Shown here in pieces: positions 38,001 through 46,798 of a DNA stretch of 64,000 nt. Source of the DNA: Tepidisphaera sp. (GTDB taxonomy: Bacteria > Planctomycetota > Phycisphaerae > Phycisphaerales > UBA1924); the NCBI GenBank assembly GCA_050916045.1, contig CP051526.1, forward strand, positions 832,001 to 896,000, read 5' to 3'. The notes under the pieces are model-generated. The model was given only the letters and a program-made list of their open reading frames with translations. It made no database searches and was not told the DNA's origin. A program made the translations under genes and the position numbers. Each line of letters starts with the position of its first letter. Positions within the stretch are counted from its first letter, which is position 1.

Positions 38001-39115
38001 GGGTTGGGGACGGTAGCCGGTCGCGCCGGGGTGTCACGCGTCGCGAGGGATTCGAGCCGTTCGAGCAGGCGTTCCAAAGCGACGCGGGCCGGGATCTCGG
38101 GCGGTCGCGAGCGCTGGTCGGTTCGCGACGGGATCGCTTCGAGCGCCCGGGCGAGTTCCTCACGAGAGGTCCAGCATGCTCCCGATTCCGGCGTCTGAAG
38201 CAGTTCGGCACCGGGAGCGGACGCCGAAGCGATCACCGGCGTGCCCAGAGCGATCGCGTCCGCGATCCACCGGCCGCTTTGCCCGCCCCGCGGCGGGGGG
38301 AACTGAGTCGGTGGCGCGAGCACGACGTCCGAGCCGGCGACGATCGACGGCATGGATCGGGTCAGCGTGATCGCACGCACTCCTTGAAGGCCGGCTTGGG
38401 TCGCGAGCCGCGTGACCGTGTGCGGGCGCGGCGTCGCGATCAGGATCGTCATCGCTCGCCCGGCGACGGAGGCGGCGAGGTCGCCGAGGTACGGGCCGAT
38501 GATCTTGGGATCGACCTCGGGAAGCGACAGGGTCGCGAGCGTTTCCGTGATGCCAAGCCGCTCACGGACGCTTGCCGCGTCTCGCCGCGCCCGTTCGGCG
38601 GCTTGCGGCGTCAGGGTCGAAACCCGAGGCAGGACGTGGTCGCTGGCACCCTTGCCCGGGCCGAAAGTGAGCGCCGCGGGAGATCGCGCACGCGCACGCC
38701 ACGCCGACCATGCTTCGAATCCGATCCATGGATGGTGGCTGAGCTCCAGTGCCAGCGAGACGGGCCGCAGGTCGCGGATCAGCCTGCGGGCGACCTGGAG
38801 CGGAGAGGGATCGACCGGAAGCCAGAGGTCCCCGGCGACCAGCGGCGTCAGCGAGAGCACCGTCGCCCCCGTGCGGGCACGGCGAGCCGCGATGAGCTTG
38901 TGGAATCGCCCCGGATGGGCTCCGAGGTGGATGCGGTCGCGGCGAGCGATATGGACCGGGGCGCCGAAAGCTGACGGGTCGGCGACTTCGGTCCCGTCCA
39001 GGACGAGCTCAACCTCGTGCCCGCGGTCGGCGAGGCCGCGAGCGAGCGTGACGGCCCACCACGCGGGCGTCCAGGGCATGTCGCGGACGAAGTTGGCGGC
39101 GAGGAGGAATCGCAT
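37997..39115 (-). CDS. Glycosyltransferase-like protein (GT-B/GT4-like, divergent)
   Basis: LARGLADRGHEVELV; SDVVLAP...WIADAIALGTPVIAS; stop overlaps the MFS start (GTGA). Confidence 0.65.
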   Translation of the reverse strand: MRFLLAANFVRDMPWTPAWWAVTLARGLADRGHEVELVLDGTEVADPSAFGAPVHIARRDRIHLGAHPGRFHKLIAARRARTGATVLSLTPLVAGDLWLPVDPSPLQVARRLIRDLRPVSLALELSHHPWIGFEAWSAWRARARSPAALTFGPGKGASDHVLPRVSTLTPQAAERARRDAASVRERLGITETLATLSLPEVDPKIIGPYLGDLAASVAGRAMTILIATPRPHTVTRLATQAGLQGVRAITLTRSMPSIVAGSDVVLAPPTQFPPPRGGQSGRWIADAIALGTPVIASASAPGAELLQTPESGACWTSREELARALEAIPSRTDQRSRPPEIPARVALERLLERLESLATRDTPARPATVPNP

Positions 39116-39300
39116 CCGTACAGGCTGCAAACATCGGTCGGCGGGGGGTGGTCGCGGGAGAGATTCTGGCCGGGGGCGGAGCCGGCGAGGGCAGGTCCCG
39201 AAACCCACCCGGACGAAACCCTTGAAAAGCTGAACCCATGAACCCTTGGATCGGTACGATACATGGATCAGGGGTGGTGCAGGGTCGCAAGGAGCAGGAC

Positions 39301-41079
39301 ATGAGCGAAATCACGCGTGTGGTGCGAGCGGCGGGGCGGCGGCTTTTCCTCATGGAACTGCTGAAGGCTCTGGTGCTGTCCGTGTTCATCGCGCTCAGCC
39401 TGATGGTGGTGCTGCGGATCGTGCAGCAGTCGTTCGGCTTGGCGATCGAGTGGCGGACGGTGATGATCCTTGCGGGCTCGATCGCGGCGGCGGGGACGCT
39501 GGTCTGGAGCTTGGTCGCGCGTCCGCGTGAGCTGGACTCGGCCCGGGTGCTTGATGAGCGGGCGGGCCTGCGCGAGTCGCTGAGCACCGCCCTCACCATC
39601 GGCACGCCCAAGGAAGCCTGGTCGCAGCTTGTCGTCGAGACCGCCCGGCAGAAAGCCGCTTCGGTCAAGGTCGGCGATGCGATTCCGATCGAAGCGCCCA
39701 AGCGCTGGCACTGGCCGCTGGCGGCGGCGCTGGCTTTGGGCATTGCGTGGTCGCTCCCGACCTGGGACCTCCTGGGCACCAAAGCCAAGCGTGAAGAGGA
39801 AGCCAATCGGGCCAAGGAAGTGATCGCGGTCAAGACCGAGATCAATGAGAACAAGAAGAAGCTCGATGAGCTTCTCGCCAAGGTCGCCCCCGAACTCAAG
39901 AGCGAACAGACCGACCCGAGCAAAGCCGAAGAGGTCGCGCCCTCGGCCTTGCAGAAGCCTGAGCAGATGCGGGCTTCGGAGATCAAGCGCCTCACGGACC
40001 TTTCCGAGAAGCTCGCGGCCAAAGCGGGCGGCGAGAAGGGCCTCCAGATGGACGCTCTCAAGAACATGATGGCCCAGCTCAAGCATCCGGGCGACAGCCC
40101 GATGAATGAGCTCTTTAAGTCGCTTTCGAAGGGCGATTTCTCCGGGGCCAACGAGGCGCTCAATGAGATGAAGGCCCAGCTCGCCAAAAACGAGATGACG
40201 CCCGAGGAGAAGGAAAAGCTCGCCAAAGCCATGGAAAAGCTCGCTGAGCAGATCCAGAAGCAGGCCGACGCCGCCAAGGACATCGCCAAAGCCCTCGAGC
40301 AGGCCGGGGCCGATCCCCAGCAGGCTCAGGAAATGGCCAAGCAGCTCGCCGCCAACCCCGACATGATCAAGAAGGCCCTGGAAGCCATGAAGAACCTCAC
40401 GCCCGAACAGCGTGAGAAGCTCGCCAAGGAAATGGCCGCGAAAGCCAAAGCCGCTCAGAAGGCTTCCCAGATGGCCAAGTCCATGAGCCAGTGCTCCGGC
40501 TCCATGCAGGAAGGCGAGATGGGCGAAGCGTCCGACGCCATGTCCGAGATGGCCGGTGAGCTTTCCGAGATGGAGATGACCGAAGCCGAACTGCAGGCGA
40601 TGGACCGGGCGCTCAAGGAGTGCCAGTCTCAGCTCGCGGGCATGTGCAACGGTGATGGCGAGGGAGAAGGCGAGAGCGAAGGTTGGAATCAGCAGGAAGG
40701 CGAGTGGAAGGAAGGCGACAGCAACCGCATGGGCAAGGGCGGCAAGGGCGGCGGCCCCGGCAAGGGCGAAGGAAAGCGCGAAGGCCAGACCCCCACCGAA
40801 TTCGCCACCGAGCAGCAGAAGATCAAGACCAAGACCGGTAAGGGACCGATCATCGGCAAGCAGTACGTCAAGGGCGAGCAGATCGTCGGCGAGTCCGCCG
40901 CCGAGTACGCCGAAGCCGTCGACGCCAGCGGGAAAGCCGCCGCCGAAGCCCTCTCCAACGGCGAGGTGCCCCCGGAGTTGCGGAAGACGGTGCAGTCGTA
41001 CTTCGGTGCTCTCAAGAAGCAGACGGAGAAGAAGGATGGAGCGAAGCCGGCCGATGCCAAGCCGGAAGAGAAGAAGTAA
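39301..41079 (+). CDS. Membrane-anchored coiled-coil protein
   Basis: Three N-terminal TMs, LDERAGLRESLSTAL, long Lys/Glu/Met helical region, Gly-rich linker, VPPELRKTVQSYF; AAGGAG RBS. Confidence 0.8.
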   Translation: MSEITRVVRAAGRRLFLMELLKALVLSVFIALSLMVVLRIVQQSFGLAIEWRTVMILAGSIAAAGTLVWSLVARPRELDSARVLDERAGLRESLSTALTIGTPKEAWSQLVVETARQKAASVKVGDAIPIEAPKRWHWPLAAALALGIAWSLPTWDLLGTKAKREEEANRAKEVIAVKTEINENKKKLDELLAKVAPELKSEQTDPSKAEEVAPSALQKPEQMRASEIKRLTDLSEKLAAKAGGEKGLQMDALKNMMAQLKHPGDSPMNELFKSLSKGDFSGANEALNEMKAQLAKNEMTPEEKEKLAKAMEKLAEQIQKQADAAKDIAKALEQAGADPQQAQEMAKQLAANPDMIKKALEAMKNLTPEQREKLAKEMAAKAKAAQKASQMAKSMSQCSGSMQEGEMGEASDAMSEMAGELSEMEMTEAELQAMDRALKECQSQLAGMCNGDGEGEGESEGWNQQEGEWKEGDSNRMGKGGKGGGPGKGEGKREGQTPTEFATEQQKIKTKTGKGPIIGKQYVKGEQIVGESAAEYAEAVDASGKAAAEALSNGEVPPELRKTVQSYFGALKKQTEKKDGAKPADAKPEEKK

Positions 41080-41120
41080 TCTCCGCCGGAACGACCCGGA
41101 CGCGGCATGAAACTGTGCAC

Positions 41121-41150
41121 AAAACCCCGTGGAAAGCGGGGTTTTTTCTT
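41121..41150 (+). terminator. Rho-independent terminator
   Basis: aaaaccccg-tggaaag-cggggttttttctt. Confidence 0.85.
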
Positions 41151-41246
41151 GGAGGCATCCGGGACGCCGTTCTCGCGGTCACGGCTTCGATCGTCTCAGG
41201 ACGCGTGGCGGCGGATCCCCAAGCCGCACGGTTCGGAGGCCGCTCC

Positions 41247-41672
41247 ATGTGCGTCAAGCTTCAGTTTCAGTTCAACAACCAGCAGCGGACCTTGATCATC
41301 GGCCCGGCCGCCGTGATCGGTCTTGTGCCCGTTCCGAACCAGTGCATCGACGCGAGGCACTTCTTCCCCGCGGATGATCGATTCTCGAACCTGACGTAGG
41401 CGAACAAGGACAAGCAGCTTGACGCACTGCGCAACGCGGCGCAGTGTGTCGCGACTTCGTTCGAGGGGTCGCCGGTCGTCTGGCTTTTCTGCACCGAGGG
41501 GCGGTCGCGGTCGCCGCGGGTGGCCGGGGCCTTTCTCAGGAGGCATCTCGGTCTGCCCCCTTTGCAGGTCATGCAGATGCTCCGCGACGGGTACGCGCAC
41601 CACCGAACGGACCAGTGCGTGCAGCAGATGAACGACGAGAACGTGGCGGAATGGATCCACTCCTTGGGGTGA
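41247..41672 (+). pseudogene. Dual-specificity phosphatase-like gene interrupted by an in-frame TAG (41397-41399)
   Basis: GGAGG RBS and ATG 41247; frame continues past TAG to VWLFCTEGRSRSPRVAGAFL (CX5R) and TGA 41670-41672. Confidence 0.7.
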
Positions 41673-41707
41673 TCGTCCGAAGCGTCGCGGCGGCGTTACC
41701 CTCGGGG

Positions 41708-42535
41708 ATGACCACGAACTTCCTGCGTGTCCCTGCTCGCGGCTTGGTGCATCTCTCGCGGATCGATCCACGCTCCACGGCGGGGGTCTCGGTTCCGTCC
41801 CGCGACGAAGAGGCTCTCAAGGAGGTCGCCGAGCAGCGGCTGAAGGAGAACCGCGACACGCTTCAGAAGCTCCAGTACCGCTTGTGGGCGGAGAACAAGC
41901 GGTCGTTGCTAGTCGTTATGCAGGGGATGGACACCTCGGGCAAGGACGGCGTCGTGCGTCACGTGATCGCGGGGATGAACCCCGAGGGGTGCAAGGTCAC
42001 GAGCTTCAAGAAGCCTTCGGAGATCGAGCTCGACCACGACTTCCTGTGGCGGATCCACGCGGCGTGCCCGGCGAACGGGGAGATCGGCGTCTTCAACCGG
42101 TCGCATTATGAGGACGTGCTGGTGGTCCGCGTGCACAACCTGGTCCCCGAGAAGGTCTGGCGCGAGCGGTACGATCTCATCAACGCGTTTGAGCGGTCGC
42201 TGGCGGCGTCGGGCACGACGATCGTCAAGCTCTTCCTGCACATCAGCAAAGCCGAGCAGAAGGAGCGTCTGCTGGCCCGCTTGGCGGACCCGGAGAAGAA
42301 CTGGAAGTTCAACGAGGGGGACATCGCCGAGCGGCGGAAGTGGGCTTCGTACCAGCGGGCGTACGAGGACGCGATCGCCAAGTGCAACACGCCGCACGCG
42401 CCGTGGCACATCATCCCGGCGGATCGGAAGTGGTACAGGAACTGGGCCGTGTCGGAGATCCTGGTGAAGACGCTCGAAGCGATGGACCCCAAGCCGCCGA
42501 AGGGGACGTTTACGGCGGGGCAGTTCAAGTTCTGA
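41708..42535 (+). CDS. ppk2: Polyphosphate kinase 2 family (class III-like)
   Basis: LVVMQGMDTSGKDG, FKKPS..ELDHDFLWR, FNRSHYEDVLVVRVH, KNWKFN, PWHIIPADRKWYRN. Confidence 0.92.
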   Translation: MTTNFLRVPARGLVHLSRIDPRSTAGVSVPSRDEEALKEVAEQRLKENRDTLQKLQYRLWAENKRSLLVVMQGMDTSGKDGVVRHVIAGMNPEGCKVTSFKKPSEIELDHDFLWRIHAACPANGEIGVFNRSHYEDVLVVRVHNLVPEKVWRERYDLINAFERSLAASGTTIVKLFLHISKAEQKERLLARLADPEKNWKFNEGDIAERRKWASYQRAYEDAIAKCNTPHAPWHIIPADRKWYRNWAVSEILVKTLEAMDPKPPKGTFTAGQFKF

Positions 42536-42540
42536 GAAGA

Positions 42541-42616
42541 GGCATCGGGCATCAGGCATCAGGGGAAGGGCGAGCCGTCATCAGGGCCGCGTGCGTTCTT
42601 CCTGGTGCCCGATGCC
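42541..42616. repeat. Heptamer array (ggcatcR) with inverted copies
   Basis: ggcatcg ggcatca ggcatca at 42541-42561; tggtgcc cgatgcc at 42603-42616. Confidence 0.75.
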
Positions 42617-42626
42617 TTCGTCCCTC

Positions 42627-42663
42627 AAAAAGACAGGCCCCGGTGCTTTCGCACCGGGGCCTG
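42627..42663 (-). terminator. Rho-independent terminator of flagellin 1
   Basis: caggccccggtgc-tttc-gcaccggggcctg with an A-run on the + strand. Confidence 0.9.
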
Positions 42664-42693
42664 GTGTTCACTCAGACTTTCCTACGTCCCGGC

Positions 42694-44223
42694 TTAGCCC
42701 AGGAGCTGGAGGACCGACTGCGGGGACTGGTTGGCCAGGCCCAGGACGTTCGTCGAAGCCGAGACCAGGATCTGCGACCGGGTGAGGGCCGCCGTCTCGG
42801 TGGCGAAGTCGGCGTCGCGGATGGCGGACTCGGCGGCCTGGCTGTTCTCGACAGCGACGTTCAGGCTGCGGATGGTCGCACCGACCGTGTTCTTCTGGAA
42901 GGCGCCCAGACGGCCGCGGAGGCTCGAGATCTGGTTGATCGACTCGGAGATGATCTTCTGCGCACCGCTGAGGTCAGACACGCTGTCGAGAGCGTTGGTC
43001 TGGCCCGAGCCGAGCGAGGAGAGGTAGCCGTTGGTCGCCGAGCCGAGCTTGCGGACGGCGGTGTCGCTCACGCCGATCGAAACCTTGCCGGCGATGTCGA
43101 CGTTGCCGGCCAGGGCGAAGTTCGCGCCGCCGCCGGTGATGTAGCCCGTCGTCGCGCCGCCGACGCCGCCCAGCGTCTGGGACGCCGAGTTGGTGAAGGT
43201 CAGCTCGACGTCGAGGAAGTCGGTGTTGATGCGGGCCGTCTTGCCGCTGGACACGGCGCGGATGCCGTTGATCGTGGCTTCCACGTCCTGGCCGGTATCA
43301 CGGATGCCGCCGGAGGCCGCGGAGCTGGCCCACGTGCCGGCCGCCGCCGCCTTGGCGACGTCGGTGTCGGTGGCGCTGAGCTGGTAGACGCCCGTACCGC
43401 TGAGGGTCGCGCCACCGGCGAGGACCTTCACGGAGACGATCTCGTTCTCGCCGAAGGAGTTGCTGGTGAGGCGGATACCCGACGTGTTGGTCGAGAGGGT
43501 CGCCGTCACGCCCGTCACGTCGCTGAACGTGTTGATGGACTTGACGACGTTGGAGAGGGCCGTGCCCGAGGTGAAGGTCAGTTCGCGAGCGCCCTTGGTG
43601 CCGCGGACTTCGATCTTGAACTCGGCGCCGGCGACGCTGGACAGGTTGATGCTCGTGCCGCCGAAGTTGGCGTACAGACCGGCCTGCTGAGCGGACTTGG
43701 TCACCAGGGCGTTGAGAGCCTGGCTGGAGCCGTTGAACTTCGCGGCGTTGACGCGGTAGTCGGAGACGCCGGCGGCCATGCCCGAGACCTTGAAGTCATA
43801 GTTGCCGTTGAGGAGCTTGATGCCCTGGAAGCTCGTCGAACCGGCGATGCGGTCGATGGTCTGCAGGATCGAGTCGACCTGCAGCTGGTTGGCTTTCTTC
43901 TCGTCGTCGGAGAGACCGGCGGCCGAAGCGGTGTTGGTCACCAGACCCTGGAGCTCGGTCAGAAGGCCGGAGACTTCCTGAAGACCACCCTCGGCGGTGT
44001 TCACGACCTGGTTGGCGCGGTCCGCGTTGGAGAGAGCGGCCGTGGTCGACTTGATCTGCGACCGGAGCGACTCGGACGCGATCAGACCCGCGGGGTCGTC
44101 CTTACCGCGGTTGATGCGCAGACCCGTCGACAGACGCTCGAGCGTGTTGCCGAGGCCCGCGTTGTTCTGGCCCAGCACGCGCTGGGCGATCATCGACTGA
44201 ACGTTCGAATTGATGCGACTCAT
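42694..44223 (-). CDS. fliC: Flagellin (copy 1)
   Basis: MSRINSNV, ERLSTGLRINRGKDDPAGL, LRGRLGAFQ, SAIRDADFATE, QSVLQLLG. Confidence 0.95.
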   Translation of the reverse strand: MSRINSNVQSMIAQRVLGQNNAGLGNTLERLSTGLRINRGKDDPAGLIASESLRSQIKSTTAALSNADRANQVVNTAEGGLQEVSGLLTELQGLVTNTASAAGLSDDEKKANQLQVDSILQTIDRIAGSTSFQGIKLLNGNYDFKVSGMAAGVSDYRVNAAKFNGSSQALNALVTKSAQQAGLYANFGGTSINLSSVAGAEFKIEVRGTKGARELTFTSGTALSNVVKSINTFSDVTGVTATLSTNTSGIRLTSNSFGENEIVSVKVLAGGATLSGTGVYQLSATDTDVAKAAAAGTWASSAASGGIRDTGQDVEATINGIRAVSSGKTARINTDFLDVELTFTNSASQTLGGVGGATTGYITGGGANFALAGNVDIAGKVSIGVSDTAVRKLGSATNGYLSSLGSGQTNALDSVSDLSGAQKIISESINQISSLRGRLGAFQKNTVGATIRSLNVAVENSQAAESAIRDADFATETAALTRSQILVSASTNVLGLANQSPQSVLQLLG

Positions 44224-44226
44224 GAA

Positions 44227-44241
44227 AGTCCTCCGTGAACT
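44227..44241 (-). promoter_or_regulatory. CsrA-type site overlapping the flagellin 1 RBS (second site at 44308-44321)
   Basis: mRNA AGUUC-ACGGA-GGACU hairpin; upstream AGGC-ACGGAG-GCUU. Confidence 0.65.
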
Positions 44242-44388
44242 GCCTCGGACAGCCTTCTGGCTTGCCCGCACCGGTGGGGGATTTCTGATCCCCGCGCTGA
44301 CCCCGCCAAGCCTCCGTGCCTGACGTTCCGGGCCGGCGCCCGGTGCCTGTCGTCTCTCGGACCACCCGAGAGACTCTGTCGTGAGTGG

Positions 44389-44416
44389 AAATCGACGCTT
44401 CGAAGGGGTGAGTTCA
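44389..44416 (-). promoter_or_regulatory. Candidate sigma28 (FliA) promoter of flagellin 1
   Basis: TGAAC-N15-GTCGATTT; imperfect match to TAAA-N15-GCCGATAA. Confidence 0.35.
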
Positions 44417-44451
44417 GTCGCTGGCGGATTTTTCCAGTCGTTTATCCCGTG

Positions 44452-44488
44452 CAAAAGGAAAAACCCCTCCGGGTCTCCGGAGGGGTTC
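44452..44488 (-). terminator. Rho-independent terminator of flagellin 2
   Basis: aacccctccgg/ccggaggggtt hairpin followed on the minus strand by tttcctttt. Confidence 0.85.
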
Positions 44489-44563
44489 GTTCGTGCTCGT
44501 GCGATTATCAGGACCGCGTCTCGTTCGCCCGTGCGGTTATCGAGCCGGTCGTGTCGATCCTCT

Positions 44564-46117
44564 TTAGCCGAGGAGCTGCAGGACCTGCTGGCTCTGCTGG
44601 TTGGCCAGGCCGAGGACGCTGGTGCCCGAGGAGCTCAGGATCTGAGCGCGGGTCAGGTTGCTGGTCTCGGCGGCGAAGTCAGCGTCGCGGATCTGGCTGT
44701 TCGCGGACGAGAGGTTCTCGAACGCGCTCTGCAGGCTTCGGACGTTGGTCTGGAGGACGTTTCGTTCGAAGGCGCCCAGACGGCCGCGGAGGGTCGAGAC
44801 CTCGTCGATGGCTTTGTCGAGGATCGTCGTCGCCTGCGTGAAGTCGTTGGTGCGGACGCTGTCGGCGATGGAGAAGCCCTGGCCGGTCTTGAGGGCCGAC
44901 AGGTACTGGACCGTGCCGTTGATCAGGGTCGCGCCCAGCGAGGAGGTGGCCATGGACGGGATGCCCAGGTTGGTCTGCTGCGGAGCGGTGACGTCCTGAC
45001 CGAGCTGGAAGAGGGCGCCGCCGCCTGTGATGCGGAAGCTCGTGGGCGTCGCGGTCGGATCGGTGGCGAAGACTTCGCTCAGCACAAGGTCCACGCCGAG
45101 GGTGGATCCGTTGGAGGAGAGAGCCAGCCCGCGGCCGGTGCCCAAGGCGCCGTTGATGAGAGCCTGGACGTCCTTGCCGTTGTCGCGCTGGGCGGTGGTG
45201 AGGGTGCCGTTGCCGGTGAGGGTGGCCCAGTCGGCGGGGCTGCCCAGCGCGGGGTTGGCGTTGTTGGCGAAGTTGTACGTCGTCCAGGAGTTGCCGGTGG
45301 CCGGGGCGCCGATGCGCTTGACGGAGACGAACTGCTCGGAGCCGTAGTCGGAGCTGCGGAAGACCAGACCCGAAGCCATCGTGTTGTTGATCAGGCCCGC
45401 GGTCACGCCGGTGAAAGACGTGGTGTTGTTGATCGCGGCCATGACCGACGAGAGCGTCGCGCTCACGGGGAACTGGAACGTCTGGACGCCCTTGGCGCCG
45501 GTGACCTCGAGGGTCATCGCGGAGAGGAGGCGGCCGGGGTTGGTCGTGCCCGGGTTGTAGTAGAGCCCGGCTTTCTGGGCGCTGGCGACGACGTCGACGG
45601 TCACCTGGAGGTTCGGCTGGTTGACCAGCGAAGCGTTCCAGACGCGTGCGGTCGTGATGGCGCTGGTGCGGACGCCGGAGAGGTTGTAGTCCAGCGAGCC
45701 GTTGAGGAGCTTGAGGCGTCCGAAGCTGGCGGTGTTGCTGAGACGGGTGAGGGAGTCCAGAGCGGAGTCGATCTGGAGCTGGTTGGCGTTTCGTTCCTCG
45801 AGGCTGTTACCGCCGGTGTTGGCGGCTTCGACCATCAGGCTCTTGATGGAGTTGAGGAGCTCCGAGGCTTCGTTGAGCGCGGCCTCGGTGGTCGCGATGA
45901 CGGAGCTTGCACGCTCGGAGTTCTTGACGCCGCTGTTGATGCCGTTGAGGTCGGACTTGATGCGTTCGGACACGATGAGTCCGGCGGGGTCGTCGGCACC
46001 GCGGTTGATGCGCAGGCCTGTGGAGAGGCGTTCAAAGCGGAGCGAGAGGTCCCGCTGTGACTTGGTCAGGTTTGACTGGGCGACGACGCTCGAAATGTTG
46101 GTGTTGATCCGTGCCAT
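44564..46117 (-). CDS. fliC: Flagellin (copy 2)
   Basis: MARINTNI, ERLSTGLRINRGADDPAGL, LRGRLGAFE, SQIRDADFAAE, QQVLQLLG. Confidence 0.95.
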   Translation of the reverse strand: MARINTNISSVVAQSNLTKSQRDLSLRFERLSTGLRINRGADDPAGLIVSERIKSDLNGINSGVKNSERASSVIATTEAALNEASELLNSIKSLMVEAANTGGNSLEERNANQLQIDSALDSLTRLSNTASFGRLKLLNGSLDYNLSGVRTSAITTARVWNASLVNQPNLQVTVDVVASAQKAGLYYNPGTTNPGRLLSAMTLEVTGAKGVQTFQFPVSATLSSVMAAINNTTSFTGVTAGLINNTMASGLVFRSSDYGSEQFVSVKRIGAPATGNSWTTYNFANNANPALGSPADWATLTGNGTLTTAQRDNGKDVQALINGALGTGRGLALSSNGSTLGVDLVLSEVFATDPTATPTSFRITGGGALFQLGQDVTAPQQTNLGIPSMATSSLGATLINGTVQYLSALKTGQGFSIADSVRTNDFTQATTILDKAIDEVSTLRGRLGAFERNVLQTNVRSLQSAFENLSSANSQIRDADFAAETSNLTRAQILSSSGTSVLGLANQQSQQVLQLLG

Positions 46118-46120
46118 GAG

Positions 46121-46138
46121 GCAATCCTCCGTGATTGC
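46121..46138 (-). promoter_or_regulatory. CsrA-type site overlapping the flagellin 2 RBS
   Basis: mRNA GCAAUC-ACGGAG-GAUUGC perfect 6-bp hairpin with GGA in the loop, 3 nt before AUG. Confidence 0.75.
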
Positions 46139-46173
46139 TGAGGGTGATTAAGGAACGATGCCGAGAAATTACT

Positions 46174-46190
46174 CGCAAGTACCGTGCCAA
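46174..46190 (-). promoter_or_regulatory. Sigma54 promoter of flagellin 2
   Basis: Minus strand TTGGCAC-GGTAC-TTGCG. Confidence 0.8.
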
Positions 46191-46209
46191 ACTCGGTGGT
46201 TCGTGGCTT

Positions 46210-46608
46210 TCACCGGTTCCCCGCCGACGCGATCCTCGCGCCGGTGTTGTGAGTCGGGGGGGTGTTGTGGACGACTGTCGCCGGGAGTGCGATTGGGTTT
46301 GTTCCGGCGACGGGCGTGACCAGCTTGGTCCGCCCGGGATTCTGCTTGACGGGCCCGCGGGTCTTTGTCGGGCCTGGTTTGACCGTTCCGATGATCGAGG
46401 GGGCCGAGGGGAGGGCGGTTTCCGCCTGCTGGGCCGCTTCGCGGTTCTCCCGTCCGATCGCTTCGTACACCTCTTTGCGGTGCACGGCGATCCTGGCGGG
46501 GGCGGAGATGCCGAGGCGGATCTTGTCCCCCCGGATGTCCACCACCGTGATTTCGATCTCGTCTCCGATCATGATGGTCTCGTCGCGCAAACGACTCAAT
46601 ACCAGCAT
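46210..46608 (-). CDS. csrA: Carbon storage regulator CsrA with a C-terminal extension
   Basis: [46 protein letters not shown]. Confidence 0.93.
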   Translation of the reverse strand: MLVLSRLRDETIMIGDEIEITVVDIRGDKIRLGISAPARIAVHRKEVYEAIGRENREAAQQAETALPSAPSIIGTVKPGPTKTRGPVKQNPGRTKLVTPVAGTNPIALPATVVHNTPPTHNTGARIASAGNR

Positions 46609-46798
46609 GTGAATGCTCCTTGGTACGTACCGCGCAGAAGGGGGTAGCCGCTGAAGCGGGTGTGTGGATCTCCTCCGGCGCGCGTGCCCGGGGAGAGCGA
46701 AGGGGAATGGTGAAGGTCTCTGTCGTCATGGGTCATGCGGGCGGGGCGCGAAAGGCGCGCAATCGCCGCCGATGAATGGAGACTGTCGTTTCGCCGGA

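Noticed and set aside
41113..41123. DnaA-box-like TGTGCACAA (and a 1-mismatch GGTGCATAA near 32822)
   Set aside because: Isolated matches with no cluster or unwinding element; insufficient to place oriC
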